Part shown: positions 56,320 to 64,000 of the stretch, in pieces
Position numbering within the stretch: position 1 is the first letter of the stretch
How the letters are laid out: every line of letters starts with the position of its first letter
Assembly: GCA_045590855.1 (NCBI GenBank)
Contig: JAZNRV010000077.1
Location: 2,693 to 66,692, forward strand
DNA length: 64,000 bases
Direction of reading: 5' to 3'
Source of the DNA: Acutalibacteraceae bacterium
GTDB taxonomy: Bacteria; Bacillota; Clostridia; Oscillospirales; Acutalibacteraceae
The notes under the pieces: generated by a model
The model's database searches: none
Seen by the model: the letters and a program-made list of their open reading frames with translations, nothing else
What the model was told of the DNA's origin: nothing
Position numbers and translations under genes: made by a program

Positions 56320-56721
56320 ATGAAAGAATATAAGAAAGCAAATATCCCTCTTGCAAAAACTTTAAGGAAAAATATGACACCTTGGGAACGAAAACTTTGG
56401 TATGAGTTTTTAAGAAATTATCCTATAAGGTTCCAAAGACAAAAAGCCATTCCAAATTACATAGCAGATTTTTATTGTGCAAAAGCAAGACTTGTTGTTG
56501 AACTTGATGGTGGTGGACATTATACCCCAGAGCAAATAGAAAAAGACAAAGTTAGAACGAAAGAGTTAGAGGGTATGAATTTAACAATTTTAAGGATTTG
56601 TAATTTGGATATTGACCGAAATTTTAGAGGAGTATGCGAATATATAGCCTTGACTGTTAAAAACTCTCTCCCTCAGTCAGCTTCGCTGACAGCTCCCTCA
56701 TCAGAGGGAGCCACAGGCTAA
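56320..56721 (+). CDS. DUF559 (Vsr-like PD-(D/E)xK) endonuclease-domain protein
   Basis: LRKNMTPWERKLWYEFL...FYCAKARLVVELDGGGHY...LRICN. Start set to ATG 56320 (GGAGGGAG SD). The last 17 codons are read through hairpin repeats. Confidence 0.85.
   Translation: MKEYKKANIPLAKTLRKNMTPWERKLWYEFLRNYPIRFQRQKAIPNYIADFYCAKARLVVELDGGGHYTPEQIEKDKVRTKELEGMNLTILRICNLDIDRNFRGVCEYIALTVKNSLPQSASLTAPSSEGATG
56692..56721. repeat. second copy of the GC-rich hairpin, forming the 3' end of the DUF559 ORF
   Basis: GCTCCCTC-ATCA-GAGGGAGC-CACAGGCTAA. AGGCTAA is the inverse of the left TTAGCCT. Confidence 0.8.
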
Positions 56722-56772
56722 ATTTGTTCCCAATTTAACACAAGCATATACTAAATTTAAGAGGTGAACACA

Positions 56773-57163
56773 ATGAATTGGAAAGAACAAGTTAACCATT
56801 CCATTGATTTCACATTTGATTTAGTAAAAAACAATATAAAGATATTATGTTTCCTTGTTACGGGGGAGGTTTTATCGTTTTTTCTTGAATAAATATTATG
56901 AGCGAAGCATCTATTTCTATTTAACTGAGGATGCGCTTATTTATACATCATCTGGCGCAACTTTTACAGAGATTCCTTTTTTTGAAATTACTAAGCTTAG
57001 TATTAAGCAAAAAGAAAATAAGTTTCATATAAAGCTTATTGCTGATAAAAAACACCATTTTCAGTTATATACAAATGATTGGTTTGTTACAGACAAAGTT
57101 GGAAATCTAAAAGATAATGCCAAGAAATTTGTTGAAACATTAGAATTAAAAGTAAATTGTTAG
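56773..57163 (+). pseudogene. hypothetical gene split by a +1 frame change in a homopolymer region
   Basis: Strong SD (AAGAGGTGA) plus ATG 56773 opens a 39-codon frame ending at 56892. The 102-codon downstream frame (56855-57163) has no Met at all. The overlap contains G5 (56862-56866) and T6 (56878-56883). Confidence 0.45.
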
Positions 57164-57217
57164 AAAGCACTCGTTTTTCAGGCACATTTAATTCGTGCCA
57201 CTAAGTTCAAGACAAAC

Positions 57218-57270
57218 TGAAAACCCCCGCCCACACGCTACCGCGTGTGGCCGGGGGTTACTCATTTTTT
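57218..57270. terminator. bidirectional terminator between convergent genes
   Basis: AAAACCCCCGCCCACACGC...GCGTGTGGCCGGGGGTT long bulged stem, with T-runs on both strands. Confidence 0.7.
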
Positions 57271-57271
57271 A

Positions 57272-58108
57272 TTACAACCATTCACTCCAACCGTCTGCGC
57301 CGGTCGGGATAACGACTTTTTTGGTTGTCGTCGTGGTTGCTTCGGTAGTGGTTTCGGTCGTTACCGTGGTTTGTTCTGTGGTTGCCGATTGCGTAGTCGT
57401 ATCGGCAGTGGTGCTCTCGAGGGTCGTTGTCGTTTCGACCGTGGTTTGTGTGGGCATTGTCGTTGTCACCGTATGTTCCGTAACAATGGAGGTGGTTTGA
57501 CTACCTTGCGTGTCGGTGCCCACAATCACGTGAGAGGGAACAACCACTTGTGTAACCGTTGAACCATTAGTTTGCGTTGACACACTGCCTTGCGTGTCGG
57601 TAACAACCACGGTTTGGGTGGGAATTTGGCTGACGTACGTTGTCACAATATCCCCATTATCGGTAGTGACTACCGATGCGTTGGTATCGGTCACGGCCAG
57701 TGCGGCGGTTGTGGTTTGGGTGGGGATGGTGGTTGTTACCACTTGTTGACTCACAACCGTGGTGGTTTGGTTGCCTTGGGCGTCCGTACCCACAATCACA
57801 TGAGAAGGAATGACCACTTGCGTCACCGTTACACCATTGTCCGTAGTTACGGTAGTACCTTGTGCATTCGTAACAGGTACCGTTTTGGTGGGTAACTTAC
57901 TAACATAGGTTGTCACAATATCTCCGTTGTCGGTAGTAACCACCGATTCGTTGGTATCGGTCACTGCCAAAGCCACCGTGGTGGTTGTGGCTTGTTCACC
58001 GTTGGTACCCTGCGTTACATCGCTTTGACCACCTTGTGCTTGACGATTACAACCGCCGATGACCAAAACAACCAAACATGCAATCAGCGCTAAAATCACT
58101 TTTTTCAT
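57272..58108 (-). CDS. Thr-rich surface lipoprotein with two tandem 90-aa repeats
   Basis: MKKVILALIACLVVLVIGGC lipobox. Two copies of ALAVTDTN.SVVTTDNGDIVTTYVS... C-terminal T/E-rich tract. Start trimmed to ATG 58108. Confidence 0.8.
   Translation of the reverse strand: MKKVILALIACLVVLVIGGCNRQAQGGQSDVTQGTNGEQATTTTVALAVTDTNESVVTTDNGDIVTTYVSKLPTKTVPVTNAQGTTVTTDNGVTVTQVVIPSHVIVGTDAQGNQTTTVVSQQVVTTTIPTQTTTAALAVTDTNASVVTTDNGDIVTTYVSQIPTQTVVVTDTQGSVSTQTNGSTVTQVVVPSHVIVGTDTQGSQTTSIVTEHTVTTTMPTQTTVETTTTLESTTADTTTQSATTEQTTVTTETTTEATTTTTKKVVIPTGADGWSEWL
57440..57973 (-). repeat. tandem duplication, period about 270 nt, inside the lipoprotein gene
   Basis: Protein repeats of 90 aa are about 70% identical by eye; DNA similarity is visible (e.g. 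ggtcaccgataccaacg / cacaatcac.tgaga.gga). Confidence 0.8.
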
Positions 58109-58218
58109 TGGATTCTTCGTCCCTTCTTTAAACTTTTTTGCAATATATTCAACAAAAGACAAAATATAACCTACTTTCAGCATATCATAAAGGCACGCTA
58201 AAAGCAAGAGTTTCCTTT

Positions 58219-58764
58219 TTATAACAATGTTTCGTCGTATACCGCACGAACACCGCCGATAAAGCGCGGGCGTGTTCTGGCGGCTAACAATAAGGCTTCA
58301 CCAATGGTTTTAACGGACAAACGAACAGGCACCGCCACTTCTTTAAGGTGCATGCCGATAAGCGTGCCGCCGATATCCAAACCGGCATCTGCCCGAATAT
58401 GTTCCACCGCTACCGGTTGCGAAAAGCGCTTGTAAGCGGCAGTAGCAAACGAACCGCCTGCTTTGGGTTGCGGAATCACGTTCACGATATCTTGACCGAC
58501 AACCGCTGCCCGCTCAACAATCAACGCGCGGTTGAGATGTTCACAACATTGCGCCGCCAAAAAGATACCGCGCGGTTGCAATTCTTGTAAAATGCCGTCC
58601 ATAATCGCTTCGGCAACCTCGGGACTGGAAAAACTGCCCACCGCATGCCCCATCACTTCGCTGGAGGAACATCCGACAACCAAACAATCCCCTGCCTGTA
58701 ACTTTGCTTTTTCGCACAGTTCAGCAACGGCAATAGCCACTTGTTCTTTCAAATTCTCCGTCAA
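58219..58764 (-). CDS. TIGR01440/UPF0340 (YwlG-like) family protein
   Basis: LVVGCSSSEV.G......S, FLAAQCCEHLNRALIVER, GGSFA... are characteristic of the family (recalled). Confidence 0.75.
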   Translation of the reverse strand: MTENLKEQVAIAVAELCEKAKLQAGDCLVVGCSSSEVMGHAVGSFSSPEVAEAIMDGILQELQPRGIFLAAQCCEHLNRALIVERAAVVGQDIVNVIPQPKAGGSFATAAYKRFSQPVAVEHIRADAGLDIGGTLIGMHLKEVAVPVRLSVKTIGEALLLAARTRPRFIGGVRAVYDETLL

Positions 58765-58779
58765 CGTATATTCACCTCG

Positions 58780-60063
58780 TCAGAACAGTTGATTTATGGT
58801 CAAACCGGTAATCAGTTTAGGATAAAAATAGGTGGATTTTTGCGGCATTTTTTCGCCTGCTGCCGCCACGTCTCGAATTTCCGACACGCGTGTGGGATTC
58901 AAAATAAAGGTACCTTGATAAGTGCCGCTGTTTACACCGTCAATCGCTTCGTCTAAACTGCGGGTGTACGTCAAGTTGATTTGCTGTGCCATGTTTGCTT
59001 TGTCAATACCGAGCAACCGTTCCAAAATCAAGGTGTGAAGCACGTTGACGTCTAATCGGCGGGAAGCCACCGACAAATCGGGCAACACACGGTCCATCAC
59101 GGTAATATCTTTAAGCGTTAAAAGCGTTGCTTTTTCACCGCCAACGTAAAAGCCAAAGGCTTTTTCACCGGCTTCATACGCCGCATCCAAACGGCTGTCC
59201 AAATCAGACAACGCAACCTCTTCCGTTTTGAAATATTCGGCACAAGCCTCCACGACTGCTTTTGCAGAAAAGTTCGGCAAATCTTTGAGCATGCGGTGTG
59301 TGGGAAACACTACCAAGCCGGGGTGGCTCATTTCCACCACCATCATCATAATATAATCCGAATCGGCACCCACCGGTACACCTTGCGTACGCAAATAGTT
59401 GCGATAGTTAATTGCCGTTTCATAGCGATGATGACCGTCGGCAATATACAGTTTTGTGTCGCTAAATTGCGCACAAACGGTTTGCAAAGCATCGGCATCG
59501 GTCAATGCCCACAAACGGTGAGTAAGTCCTGCTTCGTCGACAACTTCGCAAAGCGGCGGCTTTTTCATTTCGGCAGACAACACCGCTTCCACCGTGCCGC
59601 TTTCATCATTGTACAAAGAATACACGTTGCTGAAATTGCAACCGGTGGCTTTCATCAAGTTCAGGCGGTCTTCTTTGGCTTTGGAAAGCGTTTCTTCGTG
59701 CGGCAGCACAATGCCTTTATCAAACTCTTCCAAATGCACTTGCCCGACAATACCGTGCAACCGATATTGAAAATCGGGAGTTTTTTCCACCGTAAATTGG
59801 ATTTCATAAATATACAACGCCGCGGTATCGTCCCGCTGTAACACACCGTTTGCCAACATAGTTTTCAGGACTTCGGCTGCTTCGGCATAAGGATTTTCGC
59901 CTTCGCGCGGAAGTTCCAAACGAATAATGTTATTGGGATTGGTTTTCAAATATTCCTGCCGTTGTTGTTCCGAAATAATATCGTACGGCGGGCAAAGCAG
60001 TTGCTCCAACGAACCTGCCTTTTCAGTAAAGTGCAACGCGCGAAACGGTCTGATTTCTGCCAT
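58780..60063 (-). CDS. DUF1015 domain protein
   Basis: MAEIRPFRALHF....L.CPPYDIIS is the DUF1015 N-terminal hallmark. Start trimmed to ATG 60063. Confidence 0.8.
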   Translation of the reverse strand: MAEIRPFRALHFTEKAGSLEQLLCPPYDIISEQQRQEYLKTNPNNIIRLELPREGENPYAEAAEVLKTMLANGVLQRDDTAALYIYEIQFTVEKTPDFQYRLHGIVGQVHLEEFDKGIVLPHEETLSKAKEDRLNLMKATGCNFSNVYSLYNDESGTVEAVLSAEMKKPPLCEVVDEAGLTHRLWALTDADALQTVCAQFSDTKLYIADGHHRYETAINYRNYLRTQGVPVGADSDYIMMMVVEMSHPGLVVFPTHRMLKDLPNFSAKAVVEACAEYFKTEEVALSDLDSRLDAAYEAGEKAFGFYVGGEKATLLTLKDITVMDRVLPDLSVASRRLDVNVLHTLILERLLGIDKANMAQQINLTYTRSLDEAIDGVNSGTYQGTFILNPTRVSEIRDVAAAGEKMPQKSTYFYPKLITGLTINQLF

Positions 60064-60201
60064 AAAACTATCTCCTTTACTTGTAAGTTCAGTATGTTCT
60101 TTTTTATTGTAACATATCTTTTTTAAAAAGACTACTGCCACGCAGAAAAAATATTGAATTATTTCTCAAAAAATTATATAATCATAATCGAGGTGATTTT
60201 T

Positions 60202-60846
60202 ATGAAACCACGTACTCTGTTGACATTACTTCTTTTGTCGGCGTTGCTCACCACATTGCTTTGTGCTTGCGGTCCTTCGTTGCCGAAAGTGACGGTGATT
60301 TCCAAACAATCCGTCAACAGCCCCACGCAAACCACCACAACCACAACAATCACAACAATCACAACCACAACGACAACCATGGGGGCATCTTCAACCACCA
60401 CTTCAAGAAAACCCACCGGTCCCGATACCGTAATTGTACCGGGGGTTAGTACCGACGGCGGCAATTCCGTGACCGGCGATGCCATTGCTGTCTTGGCATC
60501 AACCCTTGTCGGCACACCGTACGAAGCCGGCAAAAGCGGCCCCGATTCGTTTGACAACCCCGGGTTTGTGGCGTATTGCTACCGCCAAAACGGATTTACC
60601 GTGCCGCGAAAAGCCAAAGCCATGGCAGAGTACGGCAAAGAGGTATACCCTGACGAAATCCAACCCGGCGACATTTTGCTCTTTTGTAACGAAATCGGTG
60701 AAGATGTCAGTTTTGCGGGAATATACATCGGAAACAACCGTTTTATTTCTTGCAACAATCCCGAAAGTCCCACCAAAGAACAACGTCTGGACATTGCGTA
60801 TTGGGCACAGCGGTTTGTGATGGCACGGCGATTTGTTCAAGAATAA
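60202..60846 (+). CDS. lipoprotein with degenerate (non-catalytic) NlpC/P60 domain and Thr-rich linker
   Basis: Signal plus LLCAC lipobox. The P60 fold motifs are present, but FDCSGF is FDNPGF, HVGIY is FAGIY and the final xIHA is FISC. Start trimmed to ATG 60202. Confidence 0.8.
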   Translation: MKPRTLLTLLLLSALLTTLLCACGPSLPKVTVISKQSVNSPTQTTTTTTITTITTTTTTMGASSTTTSRKPTGPDTVIVPGVSTDGGNSVTGDAIAVLASTLVGTPYEAGKSGPDSFDNPGFVAYCYRQNGFTVPRKAKAMAEYGKEVYPDEIQPGDILLFCNEIGEDVSFAGIYIGNNRFISCNNPESPTKEQRLDIAYWAQRFVMARRFVQE

Positions 60847-60851
60847 TAACC

Positions 60852-60888
60852 AAAACCATCGTTGGTGGATACCACCAACGAGGGTTTT
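60852..60888. terminator. bidirectional terminator between convergent genes
   Basis: AAAACCATCGTTGGTGG-ATAC-CACCAACGAGGGTTTT. Confidence 0.8.
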
Positions 60889-61509
60889 CTATTTTTCTTC
60901 TACCGGTACAAAAGCCGCATAAACAACACTTGCCTGGCACACGGTAAGCAGTGTCAGAATTGCTCCTGCACCAACCGTCATCGCCAAGTATAAACCGACA
61001 CCGAAAAACTGCAAACCATAAGGAATCAACAGCAACGCCACACACCCGGTTGCTATCCACGTCAGTTCACCGCGACAATTTAATTTGCCGCGCAACATAT
61101 CTGCCGACAATACCGTAAACAAGATACCTTGAACCAAATACAGTGCCGGCTCAACCATTGCCATTACCGCACCGCTTTGTTTCCAAAACTCTGCCGTAAA
61201 CAACGAAGAAAGTTGCGGCGCTATGTTAATGGCTAACAGTAAACTGTACAGTCCCGCTATCACTACCGATACGGCATATAACCCTTTTTGCACGGTTGCC
61301 GTCTTTTTGTTTGCCGTTATACGTAACAAGGCAGCCGCTGACAACAACACAAACAACAGACTTTGCAGCACCATATACCAAACCACTATTTTTAAAGAAC
61401 CCGTTGCCTCTTGGCGCGCAGCACTGTTAAGTGCCGTACTCATGACGCCCCAAAAAAGCGTGACAACGGCAGCAATCCCCCACCAAACTTTTGTTGCAAT
61501 ATGTTTCAT
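60889..61509 (-). CDS. hypothetical integral membrane protein (about 6 TM)
   Basis: MKHIATKVWWGIAAVV... Start trimmed to ATG 61509, which has a GGAAGGA SD. Confidence 0.65.
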   Translation of the reverse strand: MKHIATKVWWGIAAVVTLFWGVMSTALNSAARQEATGSLKIVVWYMVLQSLLFVLLSAAALLRITANKKTATVQKGLYAVSVVIAGLYSLLLAINIAPQLSSLFTAEFWKQSGAVMAMVEPALYLVQGILFTVLSADMLRGKLNCRGELTWIATGCVALLLIPYGLQFFGVGLYLAMTVGAGAILTLLTVCQASVVYAAFVPVEEK

Positions 61510-61571
61510 AATTATCCTTCCTTTTTTACATCTCTGCGTCAGTGTAACACAAAAGTTTACCTTTGTCAAAA

Positions 61572-61832
61572 TCACGATGACTTTAAAACGGTAAAATAGT
61601 AATCCCACCATTCGGTTTGCCATCTTGGTATAATCAAAAACGCTTGGCATTGCGGCGGCAAATACGATAACACACGACTTTCGTCTTTTTGGGCAACCGC
61701 CACGGTTCTTTCTCCTTCGCTTAATCGGTAGGAAACTTCGTTGACCGCTATCAATCCGCCAACCGTTCCCAGCACGCATACGGTTATTAAAAAAGCGGTA
61801 ATTCCCATTTTAAAATTTGTGCCAAATCGCAT
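61572..61832 (-). CDS. small membrane protein downstream of spoIIP (position of B. subtilis yqxA)
   Basis: GGAGG SD 7 nt upstream of ATG 61832; one TM (ITAFLITVCVLGTVGGLIAV). Function unknown. Confidence 0.55.
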   Translation of the reverse strand: MRFGTNFKMGITAFLITVCVLGTVGGLIAVNEVSYRLSEGERTVAVAQKDESRVLSYLPPQCQAFLIIPRWQTEWWDYYFTVLKSS

Positions 61833-61833
61833 A

Positions 61834-62928
61834 TTATAACCTCCTGAGCACCTCCGCTAAACCTTTGCCAACCAACTCTGCGGAATACTGTGCCTCTTCC
61901 AACGTGTTGACGTCACTGCCAAATTCCAACAACAACATTCCGTTGCATAACTGCTGGTTATACCGTGCGTTTGCCAACACCATTGGGCGCATCAAACCGT
62001 TATAATCGGTATGTAGCCGTTGCTGTAATCGTACCCCAAACGACAAATTTTCCATCGTGTGGGTGTTGGGTACGGATTTGGTGTTCATCATCCCCACAAT
62101 AATCATAACTTGTGCCGCTTTTTTACCGTCTATCACCACCGTTGGTTTGATGCGTTGTGTATCCGATGTATAAATGGCATCACGGTGAATATCCAGCACC
62201 ACCCGAATGGTAGGATATTGTTTGAGCAGTTTTTCAACTTCCTTTTTGGAATGTCCGTAAGCCTGATTATACACAGCGTCGTGTATTTCGGTATCGTGTA
62301 TAACCCCAATTCCCGCCAAACGCAACTGTTTTGCGACTTGTTCTCCCACCGCCACCATGTTTTTAGAAGAATCTTTGGTACGTGTGGGGTCATCGGAGTT
62401 GTAAAACCCTTTGTCGTATCCCAAATAACATTCCGTGGTATGCGTGTGCGTAATCAACACCTGTGGCGCGGTACTGTTTTGCGAAAAGGAAATCGCCGGT
62501 TTGTGCTTGAGCACTGCGGCAATATCCACGTTCTGCTTACTGCTGTTTTTATACGCCACACCTTGTATGAAAGTACTTCCCGCAGAAAGTTGTTTTGTCA
62601 ACACGGTGCCGCCGCCTTCTTTTTGCTGTACTCCCGAAGTGGTTGTGAGCGGTTGCCGCACACCGCTGCCCAAACTTGCCGTGGTAGCGGTCGTTGCAGT
62701 AACACCGCTGCTTATCCCTGCGGAATGGTGTTCCTCCCAATTACCTAACAGTTGAATACTTTGAGCCGGTCGGCGCATACCAATGGATAACAGCGCGGCA
62801 CGTTTTCCAAAATTTTGCCACGTTTCCAAAGGCACAACCGAAACCGCTGCCAACAAGGCACCGATTACCGCAAAGATTGACAAAATTTTACCCAATATTT
62901 TAAAAAATGATGTTTGTTTCATTGCCAT
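61834..62928 (-). CDS. spoIIP: stage II sporulation protein P
   Basis: N-terminal TM, VLITHTHTTECY..., VIHD...YN.AY..S, LDIHRD are SpoIIP family motifs. Downstream of gpr as in Bacillus. Confidence 0.88.
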   Translation of the reverse strand: MAMKQTSFFKILGKILSIFAVIGALLAAVSVVPLETWQNFGKRAALLSIGMRRPAQSIQLLGNWEEHHSAGISSGVTATTATTASLGSGVRQPLTTTSGVQQKEGGGTVLTKQLSAGSTFIQGVAYKNSSKQNVDIAAVLKHKPAISFSQNSTAPQVLITHTHTTECYLGYDKGFYNSDDPTRTKDSSKNMVAVGEQVAKQLRLAGIGVIHDTEIHDAVYNQAYGHSKKEVEKLLKQYPTIRVVLDIHRDAIYTSDTQRIKPTVVIDGKKAAQVMIIVGMMNTKSVPNTHTMENLSFGVRLQQRLHTDYNGLMRPMVLANARYNQQLCNGMLLLEFGSDVNTLEEAQYSAELVGKGLAEVLRRL

Positions 62929-62961
62929 TCACCCTTACACTATATGTGTTCAAAAAAAGGG

Positions 62962-63813
62962 TTATGCCAACAACAACAGTTCCAACGGGGAATACAACGG
63001 TTGCAACGCGGCATGAATGGTCATTGCCAACAGTCGCGACGCACGGTCTACCATCAAATCTACTTCACGCGGGGTTACCATCATGGCTGTGCCGTTTGGG
63101 GTTACGTCTTCACTGTCCAAGCCGGTCAAATCTCTTGCCAAGGTCACCGCATCCACCACCGTAGGAACACCCACCCCAATCACGGGAACACCCAAACTTT
63201 TACGGCACAGTGCCTTGCGGTTATTCCCCACACCCGAGCCGGGAGCAATACCGGCATCGCTTAATTGTACCGTGCAACCAAGTCGTCCCAAACTGCGAGC
63301 CGCCAACGCATCCACCGCAATCACCGCATCGGCTTGAATCGCTTTGCAAACACTGGCGACTATCTCACTGCTTTCGACACCGGTGTTGCCCAGTACGTTT
63401 GGTGAAATAACGGCGGTGGGACGCAAATCCTCCAGTCCGGCACTGCGTGCAAACTCGCCCTGAATGTGGCGTGTTGCCAAAACGTGCGACGCCGTCAGCG
63501 GTCCTATCGCATCGGGGGTAATGGACGAATTGCCCAATCCCGCCACCAACACCGTCCCCTCGGACGGCAGCAACTTTCGCAACTGCTCTCCCAATTTTTC
63601 CGCCATTTCTTCCAAACCTTGTTCGTGGTCGGTCAAAGTGGGGAGTAACGCCGTAATGTAGGTTCCTTGCGGTTTGCCCAAAATTTCGGCATTCTTTTCG
63701 TTCACGGTCAAACGGTAAAATTCCAGCGTATCATCTTTCCAATTTTCTTGTTTTACATCAGGTACCGTGCTATTTTCAAGAGATTCCCATGCTAAATCTG
63801 TGCGAATTTGCAA
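62962..63813 (-). CDS. gpr: germination protease GPR (peptidase A25)
   Basis: (M)QIRTDLAWES..., VLVAGLGNSSITPDAIGP, VIAVDALAAR, IAPGSGVGN. TTG start 7 nt after GAGGGTG. Confidence 0.9.
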   Translation of the reverse strand: MQIRTDLAWESLENSTVPDVKQENWKDDTLEFYRLTVNEKNAEILGKPQGTYITALLPTLTDHEQGLEEMAEKLGEQLRKLLPSEGTVLVAGLGNSSITPDAIGPLTASHVLATRHIQGEFARSAGLEDLRPTAVISPNVLGNTGVESSEIVASVCKAIQADAVIAVDALAARSLGRLGCTVQLSDAGIAPGSGVGNNRKALCRKSLGVPVIGVGVPTVVDAVTLARDLTGLDSEDVTPNGTAMMVTPREVDLMVDRASRLLAMTIHAALQPLYSPLELLLLA

Positions 63814-63842
63814 AAAAACACCCTCTTTATCCCCTTCTTTTT

Positions 63843-63871
63843 TAGTATCAAGCGAAAAAAACAGAATATTC
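63843..63871 (-). promoter_or_regulatory. forespore sigma-F/sigma-G-type promoter upstream of gpr
   Basis: Minus strand GAATA, 17 nt spacer, GATACTA (consensus GHATR-17/18-CATxxTA). Confidence 0.45.
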
Positions 63872-63882
63872 TAAAAAAAGTG

Positions 63883-63911
63883 TTGCTTTTTTAAAAAGTT
63901 CGTGTTATGAT
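63883..63911 (+). promoter_or_regulatory. sigma-A-type promoter for rpsT
   Basis: TTGCTT, 17 nt spacer, TATGAT. Confidence 0.45.
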
Positions 63912-63957
63912 AATCCGTGCGTGATTTATGAAAAATCTTTTTTGAGGAGGTGTGACC

Positions 63958-64000
63958 ATGCCCAACATTAAATCCGCCAAAAAACGTGTCAAGGTGATTG
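63958..64000 (+). CDS. rpsT: 30S ribosomal protein S20, first 14 codons (runs off the right edge)
   Basis: GAGGAGGTG SD, then ATG: MPNIKSAKKRVKVI. Confidence 0.88.
   Translation, partial: MPNIKSAKKRVKVI

Overview
Chromosomal segment of an endospore-forming Firmicute, class Clostridia. That call is an inference from gpr, spoIIP and whiA plus Firmicute-type gene order. About 85% of the window is housekeeping genes on the minus strand. These are, in order: the complete S10-spc ribosomal protein operon from rpsJ to the start of secY (1-9.8 kb); an ftsE-ftsX-M23 peptidase-Ctp protease module; a yqe-type cluster (yhbY, a nadD-yqeK fusion, an LCP gene, rsfS, leuS, rpsU, yqeG); ftsY-smc-radical SAM-rnc-ACP-like-plsX-trmFO-topA-dprA-trmH; infC-rpmI-rplT with an L20-type leader; pfkA-dnaE-whiA-murB-glcK-hprK; and gpr-spoIIP with the start of rpsT at the right edge. 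There are no rRNA genes, CRISPR arrays, transposases or integrases. The only clearly accessory DNA is two visibly AT-rich islets, each directly behind a stand-alone tRNA gene (tRNA-Ala-CGC, about 53.2-54.25 kb; tRNA-Gly-GCC, about 55.4-57.2 kb). They carry a four-helix-bundle (Avd/23S-IVS family) protein coupled to a GNAT, a small membrane protein, a hairpin-flanked DUF559 endonuclease gene and a frameshifted ORF. The observations most worth follow-up are: (i) two equal-sized (276/278 bp), TA-flanked, non-coding elements with related terminal inverted repeats that bracket trmH-dprA; (ii) a shared, odd repeat architecture behind both tRNA terminators; (iii) an ACP-like gene lacking the phosphopantetheine serine; (iv) an NlpC/P60 lipoprotein lacking all catalytic residues; (v) a roughly 360-nt structured leader ahead of rpsJ. 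I found no unambiguous new multi-gene system. All function calls come from reading the translations and motifs by eye, with no database search. Starts of several track ORFs were trimmed to SD-supported start codons.
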